This document shows positions 1-8,216 of a stretch of DNA of 64,000 bases, piece after piece. The stretch's first letter is position 1. The number at the start of each line of letters is the position of its first letter. Origin of the DNA: an uncultured Eubacteriales bacterium (GTDB taxonomy: Bacteria; Bacillota; Clostridia; Oscillospirales; CAG-272); NCBI GenBank assembly GCA_900546695.1, contig URDX01000007.1, positions 331-64,330 on the forward strand, read 5' to 3'. The notes beneath the pieces were generated by a model that was not told the origin of the DNA, did not search any database, and saw only the letters and a list, made by a program, of their open reading frames with translations. The translations under genes were made by a program, and so were the position numbers.

Positions 1-1851
1 CGCAACTACATCGCGCACATCGCCGAGACCGTCCTCCGCGTTGTCCGCATCCTTTGCGGCAGCTGCAAGGCGGTCGAGGATCGAGTCGACCTCTTCGCGG
101 GAGAGCGGTGTGTCGTGCTCGATAAATATCAGATCATTTTCGGTCTTGGTAAGCGTTTCGGTCTTGATAAGCAGCTCCTCGTACAGCTTTTCGCCCGGGC
201 GCAGACCGATCTCCTTTATCTTGATATCAAGATTCGGCTCAAGCCCCGAGAGCTTTATCATATTGACCGCGAGGTCGTATATCCTGATTGGCTTGCCCAT
301 ATCGAGGACAAAAAGCTCGCCGCTCTTTGCCATCGCGCCCGCCGTCATAACGAGCTGGCTCGCCTCGGGTATGGTCATGAAATATCTGATTATGCGCTTA
401 TCGGTGATGGTTATAGGTCCGCCTGCGGCTATCTGACGCTTAAACAGCGGTATAACCGAGCCGTTCGAGCCGAGAACGTTTCCGAAACGCACTGCTGCGA
501 ACGAGGTCTTAGAATCGCTGCGGCTCTGAACGATCATCTCGCACAGCCGCTTAGAAGCGCCCATGATATTGGTCGGGTTGACCGCCTTGTCGGTCGATAT
601 GAGAATAAACTTAGCCGTACCGTACTTTTCAGCCATGTCGGCGACGTTCTTCGTGCCGAAAACGTTATTCTTTATTGCCTCACCGCCGCTGACCTCCATG
701 AGCGGCACATGCTTATGCGCTGCGGCATGGAATACCACCTCGGGGCGGTAGCGCTCGAATATGTTCTCGAGCCTTGCGCGGTCGCGCACCGAGCCTATCT
801 CAACGTGCAGATCGAGCGATGCACCGTACTTGCGGGTCAGCTCCTGCTGAATATCGTAGGCATTGTTCTCATAGATATCGAATATAATGAGCTGCTTCGG
901 CTCGAGCTTAGCTATCTGTCGGCAGAGCTCGCTGCCGATAGAGCCGCCTCCGCCCGTCACGAGAACGGTCTTGCGCGAATAAAACGAGGTCAGCACAGCC
1001 CCGTCAAGCTTGAGCGGGGTGCGGAAAAGCAGGTCCTCTATCTGAAAATCACGGATAATGCGCTTTCCGTCGTCCTCGCGGCTGTCGCTCTCGGTGATGT
1101 CGCGGATAGGCGTGTCGTAGATGCGGACCTTGCAGCCGGTCTTTCCGTAAAAATCGAACAGCCATGCAGCGAGGTCGCTGTCGACGTTGTTCAGCGCGAT
1201 AAAGACCTCCTTGACGCCGTATTCCTTCAGATATCTGCCTACCGCGTCTCTCTCATGAAAGACGGGCAGACCCGAAATGCGGCTGCCGTACTTCGTCGAA
1301 TCGTTATCGATAAAGAATACGGGGCGATACGGACTGCCGTGATTGTATTTCAGCTCGTTTGCGAGTATTACCCCTATATGTCCCGCGCCGACTATCGCGA
1401 CGTTGAGCTGCGACTGACCGTCGGGACGGGTCGCGTTCAGCTTTTTATAAAGAATGCGGTAGACAAAGCGCGAGGTAAGAGCGAGCAGCAGATTTGCCAT
1501 CGAAACGATGAGCGGAAACCAGAAGCCGCCCCTTGCGCCCGATACAACGAATATCCCGCAGGCAAGTATGCAGCCGAGACCGTCGGAGCAGACGATATTC
1601 AGATTTGCATATGTATTGGTATAGCGCCAGACGTTCGCATAGAGGCGGAAGATCAGGCGCAGACCGAATATACATGCGAAAAGTATCAGCGAATTTCCGA
1701 GAAAGGTACGCATCGGCGGAGGCGACTCGATAAAGTTGCTGTAATCCGAGAATACGTAATACAAAAAGCCGCAGGAAGCAAAGCAGAAAACGTCAAACAG
1801 GAAAAGAACTATCTTTCTGCCGCGCCCCTTTATAAAATTGAATAGATCCAT
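1..1851 (-). CDS. polysaccharide biosynthesis protein, CapD/PglF/WbpM-like NDP-sugar 4,6-dehydratase (C-terminus runs off the window start)
   Basis: Absent from the ORF track because it has no stop in the window. Reverse translation from the ATG at 1851 (SD aaggaag upstream) gives MDLFNFIKGRGRKIVLF..., hydrophobic N-terminal segments, then KTVLVTGGGGSIGSELCRQIAKLE and VRFGNVLGSNGSVIPLFK. The listed + ORF 115..1845 is its antisense shadow. Confidence 0.85.
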   Translation of the reverse strand, partial: MDLFNFIKGRGRKIVLFLFDVFCFASCGFLYYVFSDYSNFIESPPPMRTFLGNSLILFACIFGLRLIFRLYANVWRYTNTYANLNIVCSDGLGCILACGIFVVSGARGGFWFPLIVSMANLLLALTSRFVYRILYKKLNATRPDGQSQLNVAIVGAGHIGVILANELKYNHGSPYRPVFFIDNDSTKYGSRISGLPVFHERDAVGRYLKEYGVKEVFIALNNVDSDLAAWLFDFYGKTGCKVRIYDTPIRDITESDSREDDGKRIIRDFQIEDLLFRTPLKLDGAVLTSFYSRKTVLVTGGGGSIGSELCRQIAKLEPKQLIIFDIYENNAYDIQQELTRKYGASLDLHVEIGSVRDRARLENIFERYRPEVVFHAAAHKHVPLMEVSGGEAIKNNVFGTKNVADMAEKYGTAKFILISTDKAVNPTNIMGASKRLCEMIVQSRSDSKTSFAAVRFGNVLGSNGSVIPLFKRQIAAGGPITITDKRIIRYFMTIPEASQLVMTAGAMAKSGELFVLDMGKPIRIYDLAVNMIKLSGLEPNLDIKIKEIGLRPGEKLYEELLIKTETLTKTENDLIFIEHDTPLSREEVDSILDRLAAAAKDADNAEDGLGDVRDVVA

Positions 1852-2107
1852 TTATATCTTCCTTTAACAGTACATTTTATGTTACCATCAATTATAACAT
1901 AAATATGAACTCATGTCAATGACGAGGTTAAGGAAATCAAAGACTGAATTGTATTTTTTTGAGCTCATATGCGGAGCTGTGCCGTTACGGCGTGTCGGAA
2001 AAATGAGTAATTATTCGTTTTTTTGATTTTTTATGAAAAAAATGTAAAAACCTATTGCAATTCCGAATATTATCTGCTATAATGAAAAATCAGATAAATA
2101 AGCTGTG

Positions 2108-2275
2108 TGACGCAGGCAGGAAATGCGGGTGACCGCGACCGAAGGAGTAACACTCTCAGGTGCAATTAAATGCGAAGACTGTCTGCCGACGGCACTTTGG
2201 AGAATCCCGCCGACGGCGGGTGCCGAAGGGGCAAAGCGCACCGCGCGAATCTCTCAGGCAAAAGGACAAAGCTGT
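2108..2275 (+). promoter_or_regulatory. tandem glycine riboswitch in the leader of the symporter gene
   Basis: Aptamer 2 (2206-2272) reads GGAGAAtcccgccgacggcgggtGCCGAAGGGGCAAagcgcaccgcgcgaatCTCTCAGGCAAAAGGAC. This matches the remembered glycine-aptamer core (GGAGAG..ACCGAAGGGGCAA..CUCAGGCAAAAGGAC). A more degenerate aptamer 1 (ACCGAAGGAGTAA..CTCTCAGG) lies at about 2113-2190. The element sits ~150 nt upstream of an alanine/glycine symporter gene. Confidence 0.8.
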
Positions 2276-2424
2276 TTTTCCGCATTGCGGGTCCCCCGCA
2301 CGGAGTTTCCTCTCGGATTTTTCTTTTGATTTTTCTTTTGAGCTTCCTTTTGTATGTTTTTTTGCAGGTCGCGATTGCCGCACCTGCATTTTTTTATTTA
2401 TTCTTTTTATTATAAGGAGCTCGT

Positions 2425-3993
2425 ATGGAACAGTTTCTCGACAAGGTCGCTGCGGTGAACAATGTCATAAATACGTTTGTGTGGGTCAAGATAGGTATCA
2501 TAATCCTCATCGGCGTCGGCATCGTAACCACCGTATGTACAAAATTCTTTCAGATCTCCCACCTCGGTCTGTGGTGGAAGAACACGATAGGCAGTCTTTT
2601 CAAAAAGCACGTTATCGGTCACACCGAGGATAAGGGCGCTATCTCTCCTTTTCAGGCACTATGCACCGCCCTCGCCGCAACGGTCGGCACGGGTAATATC
2701 GCAGGCGTTTCCGCGGCTATCTGCATAGGCGGAGCGGGCGCGGTATTCTGGATGTGGCTCGCAGCCTTCTTCGGTATGATGACCAACTACTCGGAGAACG
2801 TTCTCGGCATCTACTTCCGTCGCCGCAACAAAGCAGGCGAGTGGTCCGGCGGTGCTATGTACTATCTTAAGGACGGTCTCGGCGCTAAGCGCGGTTGCAA
2901 GCACCTCGGCAAGATACTCGCGGTGCTCTTCTCTGTCTTTGCGATCCTCGCCTCCTTCGGTATCGGAAGCATGGGTCAGATAAACAAGATAGTCATCAAC
3001 ATCACCTCCGCTTTCCCCGTACAGTCACTGCTCGACGCTAAGGTGTTCGGCGATGTTTCGGTATATGCGCTCATCATCGGTATCGCGCTCATGCTGCTCG
3101 GCGGACTCATTGTCCTCGGCGGACTTAAGCGCATCGCATCGGTCGCAGAGCGCGTCGTACCCTTCATGGTCGTTATCTTCGTGCTCGGATCGCTCGTCAT
3201 TATCGGCATTAACTACGATAATATCCTTCCTGCATTTAAGGCAATATTCGTCGGCGCGTTCAAGCCCATAGCGGCTATCGGCGGCGGCATCGGCGTGCTC
3301 ATCAGCACGGTAATCACGCAGGGCTTCAAGCGCGGCGTATTCTCGAACGAAGCAGGTCTCGGCTCATCGGTCATGGTCCACTCCAACTCTAATGTCCGCG
3401 AGCCCGTCACTCAGGGTATGTGGGGTATATTCGAGGTATTCGCTGATACCATGGTCGTCTGCACCATGACCGCGCTCGTCGTACTCACATCGGGTGCGTA
3501 TAATCTCGTCACGGGCGAAGCGGCATCCTCCGACGCGACCCTCGTCGCTACCGCGTTCAACTCGGTATTCTCTTGGGGCGGCATCGGTGAGAAGTTCATC
3601 GCTGTTGCCATGTTCCTCTTTGCCTTCACCACCGTTCTCGGCTGGGATCACTACGGTACAAAGGCATGGGAGTACCTTTTCGGCACTAAGAGTACCAAGG
3701 TGTTCAAGGTCATCCACACCCTCACCATCGTACTCGGCGCTGTTCTTTCTTCTTCGCTCGCATGGGATATCTCCGATACCTTCAACGGTCTGATGATGAT
3801 ACCTAACCTTATCGGTGTCGTCGTTCTCTGCCCGCTCGTTGCAAAGATAACGAAAAACTACCTCGACCGCAAGGTTCGCGGTAAGGATGTCAAGCCCGTG
3901 CTCTCCGCCTTTCCCGAGATAGAAAAGGCATATGCGGAGCAGCCTGAAGAGCATGCTGAAGCAGAGATGCCTGGGTCTGCGGCAACAAAGTAA
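2425..3993 (+). CDS. agcS: alanine/glycine:cation (sodium) symporter, AGCS family
   Basis: 522-aa polytopic membrane ORF with typical AGCS sequence (ISPFQALCTALAATVGTGNIAGV, GFKRGVFSNEAGLGS). SD aaggag lies 6 nt upstream and a glycine riboswitch precedes the gene. Confidence 0.9.
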   Translation: MEQFLDKVAAVNNVINTFVWVKIGIIILIGVGIVTTVCTKFFQISHLGLWWKNTIGSLFKKHVIGHTEDKGAISPFQALCTALAATVGTGNIAGVSAAICIGGAGAVFWMWLAAFFGMMTNYSENVLGIYFRRRNKAGEWSGGAMYYLKDGLGAKRGCKHLGKILAVLFSVFAILASFGIGSMGQINKIVINITSAFPVQSLLDAKVFGDVSVYALIIGIALMLLGGLIVLGGLKRIASVAERVVPFMVVIFVLGSLVIIGINYDNILPAFKAIFVGAFKPIAAIGGGIGVLISTVITQGFKRGVFSNEAGLGSSVMVHSNSNVREPVTQGMWGIFEVFADTMVVCTMTALVVLTSGAYNLVTGEAASSDATLVATAFNSVFSWGGIGEKFIAVAMFLFAFTTVLGWDHYGTKAWEYLFGTKSTKVFKVIHTLTIVLGAVLSSSLAWDISDTFNGLMMIPNLIGVVVLCPLVAKITKNYLDRKVRGKDVKPVLSAFPEIEKAYAEQPEEHAEAEMPGSAATK

Positions 3994-4037
3994 GCAACAA
4001 TATATACCCGTTAAGCGCGGAAAAGCCTCAGACGGGA

Positions 4038-4078
4038 AAAAGGAGCGGTTAAAAAACGAGTTTTTTAACCGCTCCTTT
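4038..4078. terminator. bidirectional rho-independent terminator
   Basis: Hairpin aaaggagcggttaaaaaa-cgag-ttttttaaccgctccttt lies between the convergent genes agcS (+) and the XRE gene (-). Confidence 0.7.
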
Positions 4079-4115
4079 CGATTTCAGGGGGAGGGGCAAA
4101 AAGGTCCGAAGCAAG

Positions 4116-4300
4116 CGGTTTTGCCTGATCAGGCGTACAAGCATACGTCAAGGGGCAAAACCGCTCGCAGAAAAAGCGATAATTGTCCCATCGGGAAAAT
4201 CCGATAGGATTTCATCAGCTTTCCTTGTATTTATGCTGAATAAAAGTTCAAATCACATTTTTATTCACGTTTTTTGTTCCGGACTTTTTTAACATTCCAT
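4116..4300 (-). repeat. ~190-nt structured intergenic repeat, copy I (second copy at 19005-19200)
   Basis: Aligns by eye with 19005-19200. Shared blocks are ttttgcc..ggcgtaca..cgtacgtc..ggcaaaa, gcagaaaaagcg, ggatttcatcagcttt and tccggac(g)tttttta(a/g)cattcc. Both copies begin right after the stop of a minus-strand gene. Confidence 0.5.
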
Positions 4301-4349
4301 TTTTGTTATACTCATGCTGCTATATATTCACACACCCGCGAGCCCACGC

Positions 4350-5024
4350 TCACGATCTTCTGCGCGTCAGCGCCGCGCCGACGGCAAATGCGGCAAACAG
4401 CAGCGGCGCAGCCCTGACAAACAGCCACTCGAATGCGTGAAACGCTGCGCCGAATACCGCCGTTTCGGGGTCGCCGTAGTTCCATTCAAGATACGGGCTG
4501 CCGAGTGAAATGAGCGCGGCAAAGCCCGCTGCCGTCAGCACGCAAAGCACGATGAACACGATGTGCAGCACCCGTCTGCGCCCCGCACTCCTGCGCGCAA
4601 GCTGCAGATTAATGACCTCGAGCTTTTCGGATATCGCCCGCAGCTCACTTGCTCTCGATTCATTTGCTCTCGATTCATTTACTCTCGGTTCATTTGTTCT
4701 CGGCTCATTTGCTCCCGATTCATCCGTTTTTGCGCCGTCTGTTACAGGTTCATTCCCGCCCGACCGGTCTGCGCGCAGCTCGCCCGTCATAGATTCACCC
4801 GTCACAAGCTCAACCGCCCGCTGCGGAGCGACGGTCTCGCCGAGCAGCACGCTCACGGGAGTATCGAACGCCTCGCCTATCGCGACAAGCATATCCGCGT
4901 CGGGCACAGACAGCCCATTCTCCCACTTTGACACGGTCTGACGAACGACATTAAGCCGCACTGCAAGCTCCTCCTGCGAGAGCCCCTTTGCCTTTCGCAG
5001 CGCCCTTATATTTTCATTCAACAT
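4350..5024 (-). CDS. membrane-anchored XRE-family HTH transcriptional regulator with a pentapeptide-repeat linker
   Basis: N-terminal HTH_3 sequence (LRKAKGLSQEELAVRLNVVRQTVSKWENG). The middle carries repeats NEPRTNEPRVNESRANESRASE. There are C-terminal TM helices (VLHIVFIVLCVLTAAGFAALI, LLFAAFAVGAAL). Confidence 0.8.
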   Translation of the reverse strand: MLNENIRALRKAKGLSQEELAVRLNVVRQTVSKWENGLSVPDADMLVAIGEAFDTPVSVLLGETVAPQRAVELVTGESMTGELRADRSGGNEPVTDGAKTDESGANEPRTNEPRVNESRANESRASELRAISEKLEVINLQLARRSAGRRRVLHIVFIVLCVLTAAGFAALISLGSPYLEWNYGDPETAVFGAAFHAFEWLFVRAAPLLFAAFAVGAALTRRRS

Positions 5025-5103
5025 TTTATAACAGCCTCCCTTCGGTTTCTGCTGTTATTATATACCTGCACGCCCGTTGCCGCAAGCAACGCAGATTAAC
5101 AAT

Positions 5104-5243
5104 CGCCCGCGCGGCAGGGAAAACCGCTCACACAGCCGAAAAATCAGCCCGCACAGCGAAAATAACCGCCCGCACGGCAGGAAAACCGCGCGGCAAAAAA
5201 TATCGCAAATGCGGTCAAATATCGCACGATACCGTCAAAAAAT
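5104..5243. repeat. degenerate ~20-nt tandem repeat array (about 7 units)
   Basis: Units read cgcccgcgcggcagggaaaac / cgctcacacagccgaaaaatcag / cccgcacagcgaaaataac / cgcccgcacggcaggaaaac / cgcgcggcaaaaaatat / cgcaaatgcggtcaaatat / cgcacgataccgtcaaaaaat. The array lies upstream of the XRE-TM gene promoter. Confidence 0.5.
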
Positions 5244-5307
5244 CCGATTTGTACCGCCTTGACCCACACTAAACGACCGTCAAACATTGCGGAACGCCGC
5301 TCCGCCG

Positions 5308-6480
5308 TCACACGCCCGTCGGCGTACGATACTCAATCAACGCGCGCACCCTCTCACAGAGCTCCCCGTACGCCGCAATTCCGCACAGCGGCTCAAAGCC
5401 CGCGCCCGTCAGCATTTCATAGTACACGCTCGGAAACAGACATGCGCAGGATGTCACGCCGCCGACCTCAGAAGAGACGTATATCATCCGCTGCTGCAGC
5501 CCGTCGGGATCGTTATCTATGCTTGCCCACCGTTCCTCCGCCCACCGCTCCATGCCGTCAAGGAATCGACAGGAGGTCGGCAGAATGACCCTTTCCGTGA
5601 TGCGCATAGTGTCCTCGATGAGCCGCACCGCAGCCCCGATACGCTCTACAGCCTCGCAGCGCTGACCCGATGCAGCAAGGTATTCAGCCGTGCTCAACCC
5701 CGTTTCGATACGGTCAAAGACCCATATATCCGCACCGTCTCCCGCGGCATCGCAGCGGAAAAGCTCAAGCGCACGCTCGGCAAACAAAACGGCTGCGCTG
5801 TTTTTTTTCGCGTCTTTGCTCATTCCGACAAGCGAGCGCTTGTCAAGTATAGCGCAAAGCGCCTCCTGCAGCCGATATATCCGCTCGCGCTCAAATCGCT
5901 CTGCGTCACCGCGCAGCAGACAGCGCTCAAACATCAGAGCACGCTCCGAGCAGTCAAATGCAGTGGTGTATTTTTCGAGAAAAACCGACAGATGATCCTC
6001 ATCCTCGACGACTGCCATCGTCCGAATGGTCTGAGCGCACATCGGATGTCGCTCGAGATACGCCTCGGCGAGCAGACGCACCTCGGGTAAAACCTCGGGG
6101 TCGCCGAATGCCCGCATGTTTCCATCGCACCACGGGCGCACGGCGGCATCGCTGTCGATATGGTCTCTGCGTATTTCGCGCAGCAGCTCCGATATCCGTT
6201 TTGTATCGTAATTCCGCTTCATGCACTCGCGCCGCAGCGCGTCAAAGGTCTCAGATGCCCGCCGCTCACGCTCGCGCATCGGCATACCGAGCAGCCCGTC
6301 AACGGTGATACCGAGCAGCTCGGATATCGACGGTATGAGCTCAAGGTCGGGATAGGTCGCGCCGTTCTCCCACCTGCTGACCGACTGATACGTTACCCCC
6401 AGCCGCTCGGCAAATTCCTCCTGCGTCAGACCGTTTTTCTTTCTGTAGGAACGGATGTTTTCACCGATCATCAGTTTCAT
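5308..6480 (-). CDS. XRE-family HTH transcriptional regulator with a large C-terminal helical domain
   Basis: Start trimmed to the ATG at 6480 (MKLMIGENIRSYRKKNGLTQEEFAERLGVTYQSVSRWENG), which has a GGAGG SD 5 nt upstream. The track start at 6561 has no SD. Confidence 0.75.
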   Translation of the reverse strand: MKLMIGENIRSYRKKNGLTQEEFAERLGVTYQSVSRWENGATYPDLELIPSISELLGITVDGLLGMPMRERERRASETFDALRRECMKRNYDTKRISELLREIRRDHIDSDAAVRPWCDGNMRAFGDPEVLPEVRLLAEAYLERHPMCAQTIRTMAVVEDEDHLSVFLEKYTTAFDCSERALMFERCLLRGDAERFERERIYRLQEALCAILDKRSLVGMSKDAKKNSAAVLFAERALELFRCDAAGDGADIWVFDRIETGLSTAEYLAASGQRCEAVERIGAAVRLIEDTMRITERVILPTSCRFLDGMERWAEERWASIDNDPDGLQQRMIYVSSEVGGVTSCACLFPSVYYEMLTGAGFEPLCGIAAYGELCERVRALIEYRTPTGV

Positions 6481-6610
6481 AATTACCTCCGTATGTTCAT
6501 TACTGCAAAGCCACGGATCCGTCTGCAATATCATTATACATGCAAAACGTCCGACACGCAATAACGCATATAGAGAGAAAAACTATTAATATGTGTTATA
6601 TCACACATCG

Positions 6611-6661
6611 AAAAGCAGGGCTGTCGCTATGCGTTTTCACGTTTTGCGACAGCCCCTTTTT
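6611..6661. terminator. stem-loop terminator
   Basis: gggctgtcgc (6618-6627) pairs with gcgacagccc (6646-6655). It is flanked by an A-run and a T-run. Confidence 0.5.
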
Positions 6662-6687
6662 ATGGCAACAGTTGATAAAAATGATAC

Positions 6688-6750
6688 GGTTTCATTTGGT
6701 TTCAAATGGTTTCACTCAAAAATGAAACCATAGCGGTGAAAGGTGAAACC
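6688..6750. repeat. 10-bp-phased GGTTTCA direct repeats followed by inverted TGAAACC copies (iteron/operator-like)
   Basis: GGTTTCA occurs at 6688, 6698 and 6708. TGAAACC occurs at 6723 and 6744, with gtgaaag at 6734. ATGGTTTCA..TGAAACCAT can also form a 9-bp hairpin. Confidence 0.5.
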
Positions 6751-6782
6751 ATAATGAGACGAGAGATGAATCAAGAGATACC

Positions 6783-7130
6783 TTATTGGTCTTTTCCTTT
6801 TTCAGATTCATCATCAGGGGTGGATTTGATCTTTTCATTCAGTACTTTCCCGACTGCCTGTAGCCCGTCAGGGCTGCAAAATGCGTCCATCAGTTCGTTG
6901 AACTCAGGGTTTTCGCTATGAGACACGGCAGCATTTCGGATGCGTGACTGTTCAACAATCGATAGGATCAGATCCAGGCCAAGAACCGCACATCCAATGT
7001 AAAGACAGGTCTTTATCCAAATCCCAACGATGCAGAGGATGATCCCCGGAACAGATAAGTAGAAAAAGTGAAATAGGAAATTCGTTAGAACAAATAGCCA
7101 AAACATTTTCTGGGGGTATTTTCTTTCCAT
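6783..7130 (-). CDS. small membrane protein (115 aa), hypothetical
   Basis: This is the internal ATG of track ORF 6783..7604, with a GGAGG SD (cctcc at 7137-7141). It gives MERKYPQKMFWLFVLTNFLFHFFYLSVPGIILCIVGIWIKTCLYIGCAVLGL, predicting 2-3 TM helices. The longer track ORF would read through two tRNA genes. Confidence 0.55.
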   Translation of the reverse strand: MERKYPQKMFWLFVLTNFLFHFFYLSVPGIILCIVGIWIKTCLYIGCAVLGLDLILSIVEQSRIRNAAVSHSENPEFNELMDAFCSPDGLQAVGKVLNEKIKSTPDDESEKGKDQ

Positions 7131-7211
7131 GTTGTACCTCCTAAATTTACAGACCTGACAATTTTCCTTTGCCGAATTGATTGTATCACATGCCTGCACT
7201 AATTTCCATAC

Positions 7212-7255
7212 AAAAAAAGCCCGATGGTCTCGTATCAAAACCATCGGGCTTATTT
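7212..7255. terminator. stem-loop terminator downstream of tRNA-Pro
   Basis: agcccgatgg (7218-7227) pairs with ccatcgggct (7241-7250). An A-run precedes it and a T-rich tract follows. Confidence 0.65.
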
Positions 7256-7331
7256 GGTCGGAGTGAGGTGACTCGAACACCCGACCTCTTGGTCCCGAAC
7301 CAAGCGCTCTACCAAACTGAGCCACACCCCG
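7255..7331 (-). tRNA. tRNA-Pro (anticodon CGG)
   Basis: The reverse complement CGGGGTGTGGCTCAGTTTGGTAGAGCGCTTGGTTCGGGACCAAGAGGTCGGGTGTTCGAGTCACCTCACTCCGACCA folds as a cloverleaf. The anticodon loop is TTCGGGA, with a GTTCGAGT T-loop and an encoded CCA. Confidence 0.9.
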
Positions 7332-7468
7332 TAATGTAGTTATTATATCACTATGTTCCCCGCTTGTCAATAGATTTCTTTGTTTTTTGATTTCCTTTTT
7401 GATAAAAACGCCTCTATCGGGCTTGACAAAGCCGTCGATATATGATATAATACCGGACGTGAATATGA

Positions 7469-7545
7469 GCACCCTTAGCTCAGTCGGATAGAGCAACTGC
7501 CTTCTAAGCAGTAGGTCGAGGGTTCGAATCCCCCAGGGTGCGCCA
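7469..7545 (+). tRNA. tRNA-Arg (anticodon TCT)
   Basis: GCACCCTTAGCTCAGTCGGATAGAGCAACTGCCTTCTAAGCAGTAGGTCGAGGGTTCGAATCCCCCAGGGTGCGCCA folds as a cloverleaf. The acceptor is GCACCCT/AGGGTGC and the anticodon loop is CTTCTAA. There is one A-C mismatch in the T-stem. Confidence 0.85.
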
Positions 7546-7575
7546 TAAAAGGGCTGCAAAACAGATATAGCTCGT

Positions 7576-7602
7576 GAAAACCCCGATTTTATCGGGGTTT
7601 TC
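7576..7602 (+). terminator. rho-independent terminator after tRNA-Arg
   Basis: gaaaaccccgat-ttt-atcggggttttc. Confidence 0.7.
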
Positions 7603-8107
7603 ATCGTTTATACGGTAATATTTCAGCAAACCGTTTTGACAGATATAAAAATGATGTTTTCCCTTTGTTTGGAGCTATCACACAACCGAATATCCGATGC
7701 TCTGCCGCGCGCGGAGCATGCACCGCGCATCCGCTCCTACCGGCACAGACGCTGACACAGGCACAGAGTCGGAAAAACGTCTGATTTTCATAAATGGCAT
7801 CTGCCCTCATCGGCTGCACGATGAAATATGCGACTCTTTTTGCCGCCACGGCAAAAACAGCCCATACATTAATTCAGGGAGGTAATTCAAAATGGAAAAC
7901 GTTATCACAGCACCAGGGCAACAGTCATAATCTTTAATGACTACAGTTTTGTAACAACATCGTCAGAAGAGACAAAGCCGGCAACTGCCCGCGATGACAT
8001 CGGCGAGTGGGATTTTAACTGATCCACCGCACTCCGACCGCCGTCCGACAGCGCATGCGCATAGTATCTGCACCGCGCCGTGCATATCGAAGTAAATGAC
8101 GGACAAA

Positions 8108-8163
8108 CGCCATGTAAAAAACGCCCGAGCGGAAGCCGCCGCCAGAGCGTTTTTTACATGGCG
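8108..8163 (-). terminator. terminator of the BMP-family ABC importer operon
   Basis: A 17-bp stem, cgccatgtaaaaaacgc (8108-8124) with gcgttttttacatggcg (8147-8163), lies ~55 nt downstream of the last permease stop. Confidence 0.7.
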
Positions 8164-8216
8164 TTATTTTAAAGCGTTTTTTATAACTGCATTCGCTGCA
8201 GTGCCGCGCGGTGCGC

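Noticed and set aside
115-1845. 576-aa + strand ORF covering most of the first 1.8 kb
   Set aside because: Its composition is typical of an antisense frame of a GC-rich gene. The opposite strand gives a coherent CapD-like protein with TGGGGSIGSEL and an SD plus ATG at 1851.
6783-7604. 273-aa minus-strand ORF
   Set aside because: It reads straight through tRNA-Pro and the complement of tRNA-Arg. Only the 3' 115 codons (from the ATG at 7130, which has an SD) are plausible.
7882-7920. 12-codon ORF MENVITAPGQQS with a very strong SD (cagggaggtaattcaaaATG)
   Set aside because: No downstream gene on that strand could be regulated by it, and it has no recognisable leader-peptide logic. It is too short to evaluate and may be a chance match.
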